Source: a virus. Taken from it: a stretch of 64,000 nt of DNA. The DNA lies in the UHGV virus genome UHGV-0179428. One strand, given 5' to 3'. Below the pieces are notes generated by a model. The model did not search any database. It was given only the letters and a program-made list of their open reading frames with translations, and was not told the DNA's origin. Shown one piece after another: positions 1 through 9,882 of this stretch. The translations under genes were made by a program, and so were the position numbers. Every line of letters starts with the position of its first letter. Position 1 is the stretch's first letter.

Positions 1-690
1 ATACTATACGTGTGCGCACGCACACGCGTATAAGGAAGAGATCTTGAGATCAGATTTTTGAAAGAGTTAAAAATTTAAGATCGATCCGAGAGACTTAGTG
101 TCTCTCGAAGAGTATTAAAAAATTTTAAAAGATCAAAAAACCAAAGCTAGAGAACTACTCAACCTGAATCTTCAGTGTGTGAAGATTCAGTAAGTTGATC
201 AATCCAGCTGATCCGCTAGTACGCGAAGCGTGAATGTTTTTTTGATCGTCGCGGCGGCCGGTCCGCCGACCCGAGGGTGGGGTGGAACTGGTCGAGGGGA
301 ATGCCCCTCAGACGCTCTCAATCGCGCTGTAACGAGTTAAACGGGGTTCGGGTACCCAAGTGTACCCCTTGAGGAGATTTTTGCGTCAAAATGCGTTTTA
401 GAGCGTTTTACGATGGGGTGGGTTTTCGTCCCACCAAGGGATAGGGGTTGGCGTGACAGCTCGAACGGTAAAATCGCGGTTTCATGGCGTTGAGTGAAAA
501 TAAATTCAAAACCCACAACCAAAACACCCTCAAATTCTTCGTAGGAAGCTCTCTGGCGAGATAAACGTGGGTAAGGGGTACGAACGTACCACCTGGAAAG
601 AAAAATGCGTTAGAATCGTTCTCATCGCGTTTTTTGATTTTGGGCAAAAAAATAAAAAACGGGGGAGACTTCGGTCTCCCCAGAATATTT
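1..690. other. Non-coding structured region with multiple short inverted repeats and a direct-repeat motif
   Basis: No credible ORF. Hairpins at 87-107 (8-bp stem), 164-190 (10-bp stem), 252-268, 350-367, 416-435; alternating purine/pyrimidine tract 6-33; AAAATGCGTT repeated at 388 and 602. Confidence 0.5.
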
Positions 691-692
691 TT
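640..692. terminator. Bidirectional intrinsic terminator
   Basis: Stem GGGGAGAC/GTCTCCCC with TTCG loop (662-681), A-tract upstream and T-tract downstream; directly 3' of minus gene 692-1816. Confidence 0.7.
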
Positions 693-1816
693 TACAGAGT
701 CGTCAGTTCTTTTGACGGATAGTACAGTTTCACATCGACCAAACTGTAACCGGTGGCGTAGAACACCTGACTTCCGACCGAAGCAATAAACCCTTCAGGG
801 TCGATAACGTCAACCGAGAAATCGGAATCGAATAGCCAGGTTTCTTGTTCTCCTTCCCGTTCGAAAACGGCGGCGTAACGCCCGTATTCTGGGCCTCGGC
901 GGAAACGAAACAGCGTTAATCCCGTCTCACGTTCTAAGCCATAAATCACCCCATTTTCCTCGTAGATTTCAGCACGATTGCAGCGTGTAACCGTCAGCAA
1001 CGCAGGCCGTTGTGTCGGGATTGTTTTAAACGGTGAAGGCCCATCGTATGTCGTTGAAACCCAATCACCGAGACTGTCTAACGCCAGTGCTCGATACGCG
1101 ATAGGTGACTTGTAGTTACACAGCCTGTTGCCCTCGGTGTACATCGTGTATTCGATGCGTAACGTAGTACCGATGATGTCGTTCAAACTCAGTTTGTAGT
1201 GCGCCAACTGGGCTTGTATACGACGGGACAAAATTGTACACAGGAAAGTGTGACCTTCTGTAGAACGACACACCACACCGTAGTCGGTGACCGCCAGTAA
1301 CGTGGCATCCGTTTTACGGACGGGTTCCAGGCGAAACACCTCATTTTCAGTTTCTACGAGGAACTGTGAGACCGCTTGGTTTCTGGATTTAGCTTTAATC
1401 GTATCGAAGACGTCACCTGCTTTTACGATTAACGGCTCTACCACGTTTACCTGAAATGGTAGCGGTTTCGTTGGGTATTGTCCCAACGTTGTAATCGTTA
1501 CTGAGTTGAGTTCTGGGTCCGATGCGTCAGGATCACCAGACAACCAGTACGTTAACCATTTCGACAGGGTTTGTGGAATAACGCGTGTGGTGTAAAACAG
1601 AATTTCGCCATGTAAACCTGCCTCTGCCAGTTCGCGTGCAAGAAACGAGTTGACCGCATCGTAGGTACCGTTGCGCAAAATGTCCATACCACCGACACGA
1701 ACCAAATCACAAATTACGCCGTGTGGAAGAACCCACATTTTGACGTTTTGATTTCGGTCGATGGTACCTTCGCGCAACATTCTGTGCCAAACGGGTTTAC
1801 GTAAGTAATTTCTCAT
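692..1816 (-). CDS. hypothetical protein (374 aa)
   Basis: Long ORF, terminator at 3' end; no recognisable motif. Confidence 0.6.
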   Translation of the reverse strand: MRNYLRKPVWHRMLREGTIDRNQNVKMWVLPHGVICDLVRVGGMDILRNGTYDAVNSFLARELAEAGLHGEILFYTTRVIPQTLSKWLTYWLSGDPDASDPELNSVTITTLGQYPTKPLPFQVNVVEPLIVKAGDVFDTIKAKSRNQAVSQFLVETENEVFRLEPVRKTDATLLAVTDYGVVCRSTEGHTFLCTILSRRIQAQLAHYKLSLNDIIGTTLRIEYTMYTEGNRLCNYKSPIAYRALALDSLGDWVSTTYDGPSPFKTIPTQRPALLTVTRCNRAEIYEENGVIYGLERETGLTLFRFRRGPEYGRYAAVFEREGEQETWLFDSDFSVDVIDPEGFIASVGSQVFYATGYSLVDVKLYYPSKELTTL

Positions 1817-1889
1817 TTTAAAACTCCTTTAGGTAGAATAAGACTCTCACTAGGATAATATCTATCCGTAATTATTTCGAGGTTCACTA

Positions 1890-3266
1890 ATGGCTGAACT
1901 GGTTTATGATTTTACATCCGGCTGCTACCAGAAAGCTGGAACTCGCGTCGCTCAGGAATCGTTCGGCCGTGATCCGTTCTTCGATGACGCGGAAACCTCA
2001 TCGGGTTTGTACTACGACTACGGTTTTGGTGGCTACGTCCCGATGGGATTCTCTGTTGCACACGAAGCCCGTCGCGACGACCGTTTACGTAAAGCGTTTG
2101 ACGGCGTGTTTAATAAACTCGTGATTGATCGCAAATTGGCGTCTAAGTTGCGTCACTACGTAAGTGGGATACTCTCTCGTGAAGGTAACGTGGAGTGGTT
2201 AGGGTCGAACCTCCTCGGTGTTCACAGCATCCGTTTTTTCGATTCGGATCGTAATCGTCTGTTCGATGAAGTTATCAACGTTGACGAAGATTATCTGTCA
2301 GAACTGATTAAAGAGTCCCAGTCGATTAATACCGATTGGCAGGTCGCGGGTGATACGTATAACCTGACCATCGTGTATTTGTTGCACCTGATGATTCCAA
2401 AGTTCGGTGACAAAGAAATCCTCGCTGCAGCCATCGACCTGGTGACGATACTCCAGTTTAAATTCTACTCGAGTATTTACTATCACTTCTTTCCGAAACC
2501 GGTTGATCTCCCCGCAGCAGAAGCGGCGTATTCGATGCTCTCAATGAAATTCGATATTCGTCGTTTGGGTAACTGGGGGCTGCATATGGCAGAACGTGCA
2601 ACGTATTTCTGTTCGCCCGAATACCCGAACTACGACGCCGTAAAACGTTTCGATACCCCCGACTTGGTACTGCGTTATATCACCGATTTAAATACACGTA
2701 CGAAACAAACCGTGAAAGACTACTACGCGGTGCTCGATCGTGTACGTCGTGAGAATACTCGCGTGGTTAGCCAGTCTGCACGCATCGAGTTAGATGGGCA
2801 GTCTGTGATCCGTGATAAAGTCGGTGCACTAGAGATTGCAAAACAGAATCTGTTTGATGCGTCTTACGACATTAACAATCTGTACAAGGAAGAGTTGGCT
2901 CGTGTGGTGCTAGAAATGGTACCTAAAGCATCTCCTGCTGCGTTGAAAACGCTGCTGACGTATATCGCCAGTTTGCCGATCGGTAAGAAGCGTGATGAAA
3001 TCAATAGCATTATGGAGGATACACTCTCACATGCTTTTGATGAGATTGTTACCAACCGTATCAACTTCAACGATGCGGTGACGGTGTTGCAGCGTATGCG
3101 TGCGTTGTACCAGGCATCGAAATCACCGAACCCGTACGTGTTATCCTTGCGGTCGAGAATTGAGAAATTGGCGGCGAAGGAAACACACATCCGTCACGAA
3201 TCCGCGTTAGCAGCTTTGCGTAATGCGTTGCTGTTATATTTCTTAATCCGGTCGTTACAGAAATAA
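1890..3266 (+). CDS. hypothetical protein (458 aa)
   Basis: Long ORF, GAGG RBS upstream, terminator downstream. Confidence 0.6.
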   Translation: MAELVYDFTSGCYQKAGTRVAQESFGRDPFFDDAETSSGLYYDYGFGGYVPMGFSVAHEARRDDRLRKAFDGVFNKLVIDRKLASKLRHYVSGILSREGNVEWLGSNLLGVHSIRFFDSDRNRLFDEVINVDEDYLSELIKESQSINTDWQVAGDTYNLTIVYLLHLMIPKFGDKEILAAAIDLVTILQFKFYSSIYYHFFPKPVDLPAAEAAYSMLSMKFDIRRLGNWGLHMAERATYFCSPEYPNYDAVKRFDTPDLVLRYITDLNTRTKQTVKDYYAVLDRVRRENTRVVSQSARIELDGQSVIRDKVGALEIAKQNLFDASYDINNLYKEELARVVLEMVPKASPAALKTLLTYIASLPIGKKRDEINSIMEDTLSHAFDEIVTNRINFNDAVTVLQRMRALYQASKSPNPYVLSLRSRIEKLAAKETHIRHESALAALRNALLLYFLIRSLQK

Positions 3267-3312
3267 AAAAGAGTTAGCCAGTAACCCTAACGGGTTACTG
3301 GCTAGTTTATTT
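3267..3312. terminator. Bidirectional intrinsic terminator between convergent genes
   Basis: Stem CCAGTAACCC/GGGTTACTGG (3276-3303) followed by TTTATTTT. Confidence 0.65.
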
Positions 3313-3321
3313 TAGCTGGGT

Positions 3322-3561
3322 TCAATGGGGCCCTGACATTACCACGAGGTGTATAGAGTAGACCATATTTAGCGCATAGGTAGCTGACGAACCTGCTACC
3401 ATCAGACCAAATACTGCAAATGCCTGTACATACCGTGTTTTTCGTAGTGGGAAACCTTGCGAACGTCCGTATTGTTTTATCGCTTGGTAACTCTCGCGGA
3501 TCATTTTATACGTCGCTATCCACGAAAAGAACACAAGTAAATAGTAAATTGGAGCCATCAC
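3322..3561 (-). CDS. small membrane protein, two predicted TM helices (79 aa)
   Basis: ATGA overlap with terminase stop; two hydrophobic segments separated by a basic loop; terminator immediately downstream. Confidence 0.45.
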   Translation of the reverse strand: MMAPIYYLLVFFSWIATYKMIRESYQAIKQYGRSQGFPLRKTRYVQAFAVFGLMVAGSSATYALNMVYSIHLVVMSGPH

Positions 3562-5666
3562 TTCATCCTCTGGCGTTGGATAAGCTCTCTCAAGCTTTCC
3601 ATTGACGCCACGTTTTGTGTATCAGTGTTAAGTTGAGCAATGAGGGACTGGAGACGGTTACGAGCAGCCATTGCTTGAACCGGGTCTAATAACCCGTTTG
3701 TGGTTCGCACAAGACGCTCAATTTCCCCCATCAGTTCCTGCTGTCGCGCCTCCTCCTCGAGTTGTAATTCCTCATCCACCCCTTCACGATTTTCGACTAA
3801 ATTACGATTGCGCATCATCAATCGACTATTGTTGATTTCATAATGCCCCAGGTTATTCCCAAGCAGCAATAACCACATCGCAAGTAACCAAGAAATCACG
3901 AGGTCGTCATGACCCGAAGCTTTGTGGTCAATACGACCATTTTTCTCCACGAGGTTAAGTATCTGGTCGATGAGTTCTCCGCAACGGAGTTTATCCGCGG
4001 ATAAGCGCAACGCCGTGGTGAATACCTCACCGTACAGTTTACGACGTTTTTCCTGGTCGGTTGAGAAACCGATATATTTACGGAATTTATTCCAGAACTT
4101 CTCAGCGTTACCAATAGGCCCACGGTGATACTCTTTGTAGAGATCGTCCGTACGTGAGTAGTCCTGAGTGATTCTCACAAATAAACGACGATGTAAGTCC
4201 GTGACACGAGACTGTAACTGCAGGATAATTGCATCAGCCACAGACGAGCCAGTAGACCGCCGTTCCAGGATTAGTACCGTGTTAGGATATCGCACCATAA
4301 AATCCGCTAAATGAATCGCGAAAGAGATAACGTTAGATTCGTTAACGGTTAATTTACCTGCATACTCTGCGGTCACAGAGTTAACAATAGACATGGCGAT
4401 CGCGTCTCGACCCACAGCCTCAGAGGTATCCAACCCGATGACGTGTCGGTCTTTGAGCTTCGTCATCATCTCCTCTTCGGTGTAGTACCAGTCGGTAACG
4501 TAGTTTTGTGGTGAAATATCTTTAAACACAGCACGCATACGGGAAGCATTCATACGATCTGCATCTTCCGCTGAGAACGGCTTGTTCAAGCCACCGGTCG
4601 TCCATTCACCCCCGAAGTCACGACGGATCTGGTCAGGGGTACCTTTGGCGTTCGCAATCATTGCCGCTAACTGCTCATCGCTGGTACCGAGCTGACGGTG
4701 GTTGTACTTCACGTAGAACATGATACGTGGGACTTCTGCCGTGGAGTTAGAACGGATGATGTCAATGAGCTGTTTACGGGTTGGAATGTCGATATAGCGC
4801 TCATCCCACATAATCCCTGACGTCATCAGCTCGTACATGTACTTGCCTTCTTCCGTCGCTAAGTCACCCGGGGTTGTTGCGAATACGTTACCGTAAGGAA
4901 CACCTTCCGCTTCGTTAATACGACGTGCCGCTGTACCGGATGCCAGCGCTGCCGGTAGAATGTGGTGAACGTTTTTGGTAAAGGGTCCTTCGTCCGAGAA
5001 CAGACGACCAGCGGTAAGTCCACGACCGATACCGTTAGCCGATTCTGGGTCGTTTTGGCCGATACCCGTAATCAGTTTGTTACCCTGGGCTAAACATGCA
5101 AAAGTTTCGCGGTTATCTGGATCGTCTGGATGTGCTGGCCACAAGTAAGACGGTAGACCGTTACGTAGTTGCTTAAGTTTGTTAATGGTTTCTTCACGCA
5201 GTGCCGGACCTTTTGTGATAAGAATCGTACGAGAGTTTTCCAGAAACCGAATTAACCACAATAGTAATCCGCTCATCCCGACGGTTTTACCATGCTGACG
5301 GAGGAATTCGACGGCGGCGTCGATGTTGTTGAAGAAAATCCAATACATCGAAAAGTTACCACGGTCGATACGGAACGGCGACCCGTATTTCATACCGTCC
5401 GCAGGTACCCTGACACACTCTCGAAACCAGTACCAAGGGTTTTCAGCACACTCGATGGCGATATACGCTTTCTGCTCGTCCGTTAGGTTTTCGTCAAAAG
5501 GATCGACCCCTTGCAGTAAAGGGTTATGTAAGGCGAGATGAATATAATAGTGCTTTACACCCAGCTTTTTTAGGATATTTGCAAACTTGATAAACGATTT
5601 GTTTGTGGTTTTATCGTCAACAATAGCGCCTGGATAATAACGCCAGTCCGATTCACGTAGTATCAT
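3558..5666 (-). CDS. terL: terminase large subunit
   Basis: Deviant Walker A LRQHGKT typical of terminase ATPases; C-terminal acidic nuclease-like segment HDDLVISW; 702 aa. Confidence 0.65.
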   Translation of the reverse strand: MILRESDWRYYPGAIVDDKTTNKSFIKFANILKKLGVKHYYIHLALHNPLLQGVDPFDENLTDEQKAYIAIECAENPWYWFRECVRVPADGMKYGSPFRIDRGNFSMYWIFFNNIDAAVEFLRQHGKTVGMSGLLLWLIRFLENSRTILITKGPALREETINKLKQLRNGLPSYLWPAHPDDPDNRETFACLAQGNKLITGIGQNDPESANGIGRGLTAGRLFSDEGPFTKNVHHILPAALASGTAARRINEAEGVPYGNVFATTPGDLATEEGKYMYELMTSGIMWDERYIDIPTRKQLIDIIRSNSTAEVPRIMFYVKYNHRQLGTSDEQLAAMIANAKGTPDQIRRDFGGEWTTGGLNKPFSAEDADRMNASRMRAVFKDISPQNYVTDWYYTEEEMMTKLKDRHVIGLDTSEAVGRDAIAMSIVNSVTAEYAGKLTVNESNVISFAIHLADFMVRYPNTVLILERRSTGSSVADAIILQLQSRVTDLHRRLFVRITQDYSRTDDLYKEYHRGPIGNAEKFWNKFRKYIGFSTDQEKRRKLYGEVFTTALRLSADKLRCGELIDQILNLVEKNGRIDHKASGHDDLVISWLLAMWLLLLGNNLGHYEINNSRLMMRNRNLVENREGVDEELQLEEEARQQELMGEIERLVRTTNGLLDPVQAMAARNRLQSLIAQLNTDTQNVASMESLRELIQRQRMK

Positions 5667-5678
5667 ACAGACTCCTCA

Positions 5679-5702
5679 CCTCCTACCCTTTCGGGTAGGA
5701 GG
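5679..5702 (-). promoter_or_regulatory. Stable stem-loop abutting the terminase ribosome-binding site, no U-tract
   Basis: On the minus strand CCTCCTACCC-GAAA-GGGTAGGAGG (10-bp perfect stem, GNRA loop) followed directly by GAGGAG-N6-ATG. Confidence 0.5.
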
Positions 5703-5712
5703 CTTGTTATAT

Positions 5713-7353
5713 TTATTCGATGTGGTGCGCCAACATTGGCGACGCGGCTAAGTTTAACGTATCTGTTGGTGTGCGACGTATCCAACGAATCACTAGCGGA
5801 GCGTCCAGTGGTACGCGGTAGTCGATAACCTTTTTATCCAACCACTCATCTACGCTATAGGTGTAAACTTTACCCCCGACGTGGATTTCGAAGTGTGTTG
5901 GTTCAGGTGGTTCAGACTCATTACGACGGTCGTACAACGGATAAATCGGTTCGTACAACAGCTTCAACCATTCTGCCTTAGAGGCCACTTTGTTACTGAC
6001 GTCGATTTCAGAATAATTGACGTTGGAGTATTTAAATTCCGCCCATACGTTTTCCCCATACTTCATACCGTCTGGGAGGTATTCCAGAATGAAGTTCGAG
6101 TTCAGTTCGTTACCCGGGTTTACAAGCGTAATAGCGAATGACTGAGACTGAATAAACGCACGGAATTTACTGTCTACTTTACTGATATCGACTTGAACAT
6201 TAAGGCGTTGTTTAACACCCATCAATAACGGATCGAATGTCGTGCCCGTGGTGTAGTTAACGTGTGCGGTTGCATCGTAAACTTTACCGCGTGTCAGGTT
6301 ATACAGCAAGAAATCCAGACGATAACCGCGTGTGGCATCCAACCATCTCGGTACAACGAAAAGTTTCATGCTGTAGGCACCGTCGACCTGCTCTGTTACC
6401 GCCGTATAGTTTTTCACAATGGTGTCACCTACGACATCGGTACCCCCGTAAGTTTCACCTCTGGATAACTTATAGCTTAGTACGCATGGTAGCGTGTTGC
6501 CTGAGTTAGAAGCGATGTAGAACGTGTCGTGTGAACCTGCGTTACGTAGGCCGTTGAATTTCACACGAGCCTGGTCGATAGGTAGACGTTTTGTGCCATC
6601 GCTGTAAACAACATCACACCAAAGCGGTATAGACTCGATTGGCATGTTGATCGGGAGTGTCAGTGTGGTTCCGTCGTTGTCTACCAAGAACGGTGACACT
6701 AACTTAATACCCAACACCGTGCGTGCTGGCGTTTCTTGCGGCATTACCAGGTTCGTTTTGATAATGTGTGCGTGGCCGATTTGTACCACGTTACCGACGT
6801 CGGAGTAAACAGCGAACATACATTCTTCGCCGTTCTCGACCTCAGCTAAGCAAGCACCAGGTAACGTTTGTTTAACGACACGCTCAGCACCTTCGACAGA
6901 AATCGTCTGGACCGGTAAGTAAGTGTATTTCAATTTACCGTCTTTGTAGTAGCCTGAGAGTATTTCCGCACTGTCGTCAACTTTACTGCCTCGGAAAATG
7001 CGCACCCCGTCCACATCCGGTCCTTCAAAGGTGAGTGCGTTATCTAACACCATTGTTGCCGGGAGCTTCGTAGAATCCACGTAGACGCGATATTTATCGC
7101 TACGCAGTGGGTAGTGTCCGTTCAGACGACCGTCTTGATTAGCCACCCCTACACCGCCCCACGGTTCGGTTTCCCACGACGGTTTGGCGTAGTTAACGCT
7201 TATGACGATATCGAAACCGGAGGTGATATCGTTAACGATCAGATCTTTCGGGTTCGGTACGTATCCGGTTGGGCGTTCCGGCGCATAGAGTTCTTCAGGA
7301 CGCCATACACGGAACCCGCGATCCTTATTAATAATGTCGGTTGTTAAGGCCAT
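5713..7353 (-). CDS. hypothetical protein, probable virion component (546 aa)
   Basis: Long ORF in structural block, co-oriented with terminase. Confidence 0.55.
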   Translation of the reverse strand: MALTTDIINKDRGFRVWRPEELYAPERPTGYVPNPKDLIVNDITSGFDIVISVNYAKPSWETEPWGGVGVANQDGRLNGHYPLRSDKYRVYVDSTKLPATMVLDNALTFEGPDVDGVRIFRGSKVDDSAEILSGYYKDGKLKYTYLPVQTISVEGAERVVKQTLPGACLAEVENGEECMFAVYSDVGNVVQIGHAHIIKTNLVMPQETPARTVLGIKLVSPFLVDNDGTTLTLPINMPIESIPLWCDVVYSDGTKRLPIDQARVKFNGLRNAGSHDTFYIASNSGNTLPCVLSYKLSRGETYGGTDVVGDTIVKNYTAVTEQVDGAYSMKLFVVPRWLDATRGYRLDFLLYNLTRGKVYDATAHVNYTTGTTFDPLLMGVKQRLNVQVDISKVDSKFRAFIQSQSFAITLVNPGNELNSNFILEYLPDGMKYGENVWAEFKYSNVNYSEIDVSNKVASKAEWLKLLYEPIYPLYDRRNESEPPEPTHFEIHVGGKVYTYSVDEWLDKKVIDYRVPLDAPLVIRWIRRTPTDTLNLAASPMLAHHIE

Positions 7354-7355
7354 GA

Positions 7356-9872
7356 TTAACCCTTGATTTTCAGATACTGGTTCAGCTGAACTTCACCATT
7401 CAGATACCGCTCGTTAACGCGATCCAAAAACGCGAACCCGAGTTCGTTAACTTCCACGGTTTGGTATTTCACATGCGGATGGAGCTTGACAAACGCTTTA
7501 TCGTAACCGATGTACGCGGGGTCGAACGGAAGCAGGTCTTTATACCGCTCCATAATCTCATCCAACTGTGTTGTTGAAATACGATAATCTGGATCGTCTT
7601 CCACGAGGGTGAGAACACCCTGTAAGTAGTCCCACAGGATTTTATTCAGCGTAGGTGAATAAAGGTGATACAGGTGCGGTAAAGGCACCGGGTTCTGTGG
7701 AGGCGGTGTCGGGAACCAGTTAGTCATGTAATTTTCTACACGACTATCCAGATCACGCGCCACGTCCCTGAGCGCATACGTGTTCCCCGTTACCAGCGTA
7801 CGCAACGGTATTGTAGGGTCGTCGACAGAGTAGGGATAACCATCATCAACAATTTTGACACCTACTGTGTTGTCCTCGCGGAACACTACCTCGTCGCGTA
7901 ATAGCAAGGAACCGCCAGCAACGACACGAATAACTTTGTCGTCACGACAATCAAATTGGTTGTTATTTGATAACAGCCCACTCGAGACGAAACCGTGTTT
8001 CGGAATACGAAGTTCGCCGGTGACCCCACGACAACGCACCGCGATGTGGTTTTCATCGGAATCACTCATCCACGCTTTACAGACTACAACGATTTCTGGC
8101 CAAATGACATGATAATCGATACCGTGTACCAGAGGGTGCCCGTTTAACCACACTTCAACGGTTTCCATCGGAATCCAGAGTGTACGTTGATTACCTTCTT
8201 GGTTTCGGGCCAGAATAGGAATACGAATCTCCCCTTCTCTGACCGACACATCGATTTCGAAATACAGATGGCGATCGTCGTAAATCACCGTAGGATGACG
8301 ACGAGTACGGTCCACAGTCCAGGTAATGCTATTACCTTCACGGGTGTAATCCGTCCCTTCCACTGCCTTCAGATATTCGTCTCGTGGAATGTCATCGATA
8401 ACCTTACGTAACCACAAGTTAACGTTTTGACCTTCCTGAATCTCGAAATCGGCAGCATTATCAACGATGGTTACTGTTTCGGCTTTATCGCCTTCAATCG
8501 CCTCGATAATTCTGGTGTTGGGGTTGCGTGCTTGGTATACGTCGTAACCGCGGTTTTGATGTGCCTCTAACAGCAAACCATCGCCGTCATACTCGTACAC
8601 AGTCGAGTTGGTTGCCAATAACGCAGGTAAGGTAGCGCGGTACCCTCCTTCCGTTAACGTAAGACGCTGAGGGGTATCGGCGGCATAACGGCTTACGGCG
8701 TTGTAACCGTAGGCATCAGTACACAAATCGCGCGTAATATTCTCAAGCTTAGCTGCTGCCAATCGGTTAAAAGCAGCTTGTTCCAGATTAGCAGCCTGCC
8801 ACTCTGTTACGTTCGCATTCGCACCGATCATCGCGTCGATAATCAGGTCATCTGATAATCGGTATAAATCGTGTATGTGCGATGAGTTAAACAACGGCGT
8901 AATATCCAGATAGTCATCGCGGATAATCAGCCTGATGATCAGATCGTCCAGGTCGGTGATTGAGCCACTAAAAACGTTGCGATATTTTGCAATGCGTTCA
9001 GTCGGGATTGATAAATCGTTCCATGTTAGCTGACGTAGCGCCTGGTGGCGGTGACGATGGTAATAACGCCCCCGGCCTTTCCAATAAAGCTGGATCTCCG
9101 CATCGTTGTTAAAAATCCAGATGCCATCTTTTTTCGGAATATGGAGCAAGTATTTTCGTTTGTTATCCAGTTTGGACATAAACGTTTGTAAGTCGCCGCA
9201 GCGAAACTCTACAACACGACGAACGCGACCATCGACGCGGATGTCGATATCGTCCCACGTTTTAATATCCGCAGGCTTTGGAGAATCAACCAGTTCTCCG
9301 TTTAACCAGAACTCAACGTACCCTTTGTTTTGTTGTTTCAGGTAATTAAACCGATCGATGACCTTTTGGACCTGTTCACGATTCGCCGGTGAATAAAACT
9401 CGACGGTCGTTGGGTTGATGTACGGTGCGTTTTCACCCCCGTTGTAACCAGGATAAATTCGCAGGTAACAAGGATCGTTATCCAACCAGGCATACCGATC
9501 GGATTGCGGAATAGCCATGTAAACCATTCCCGCGCTGTTACGGTAGAAATAAACGTATTCGGAAGGAATTGTCGTTCCGTTTTCGTTATAGACCTGAATC
9601 CAGGCGCTAAAGCCGTTTACGCAAGTGGAGAGTTTCTTCCAACGGTTTAGGGGGATAGCAAGATTCCCCCAGTTTACGTGAAGTTTATCTACCGCATAGG
9701 CGTGCCACCACGAATTCTCTTTCGGTAAAGCGACCGGAATCCGACCGTGTTTGAAAAAGCCGATCGCCCCGGTCTTGGGTGAAAGACGGAAGGGTGCGAT
9801 GTTGAGCACCCCGTCAAGATATGGACGCTGCCACGCTTTTTGGATGGCGTGGGCGACCAGCCAGTTCTCCAT
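7356..9872 (-). CDS. hypothetical large protein, probable virion component (838 aa)
   Basis: Long ORF tightly packed with neighbours. Confidence 0.55.
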   Translation of the reverse strand: MENWLVAHAIQKAWQRPYLDGVLNIAPFRLSPKTGAIGFFKHGRIPVALPKENSWWHAYAVDKLHVNWGNLAIPLNRWKKLSTCVNGFSAWIQVYNENGTTIPSEYVYFYRNSAGMVYMAIPQSDRYAWLDNDPCYLRIYPGYNGGENAPYINPTTVEFYSPANREQVQKVIDRFNYLKQQNKGYVEFWLNGELVDSPKPADIKTWDDIDIRVDGRVRRVVEFRCGDLQTFMSKLDNKRKYLLHIPKKDGIWIFNNDAEIQLYWKGRGRYYHRHRHQALRQLTWNDLSIPTERIAKYRNVFSGSITDLDDLIIRLIIRDDYLDITPLFNSSHIHDLYRLSDDLIIDAMIGANANVTEWQAANLEQAAFNRLAAAKLENITRDLCTDAYGYNAVSRYAADTPQRLTLTEGGYRATLPALLATNSTVYEYDGDGLLLEAHQNRGYDVYQARNPNTRIIEAIEGDKAETVTIVDNAADFEIQEGQNVNLWLRKVIDDIPRDEYLKAVEGTDYTREGNSITWTVDRTRRHPTVIYDDRHLYFEIDVSVREGEIRIPILARNQEGNQRTLWIPMETVEVWLNGHPLVHGIDYHVIWPEIVVVCKAWMSDSDENHIAVRCRGVTGELRIPKHGFVSSGLLSNNNQFDCRDDKVIRVVAGGSLLLRDEVVFREDNTVGVKIVDDGYPYSVDDPTIPLRTLVTGNTYALRDVARDLDSRVENYMTNWFPTPPPQNPVPLPHLYHLYSPTLNKILWDYLQGVLTLVEDDPDYRISTTQLDEIMERYKDLLPFDPAYIGYDKAFVKLHPHVKYQTVEVNELGFAFLDRVNERYLNGEVQLNQYLKIKG

Positions 9873-9882
9873 AGTGGACCTC

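Noticed and set aside
337-647. Two overlapping minus-strand ORFs of 61 and 79 aa in the leading non-coding region
   Set aside because: No RBS and atypical composition; the region is dominated by hairpins and repeats, so these are more likely chance frames.
1-690. Possible tRNA gene in the structured non-coding region
   Set aside because: I could not find a cloverleaf with a GTTC-type T-loop and matching acceptor stem by eye; a tRNAscan-type search would be needed to exclude it properly.
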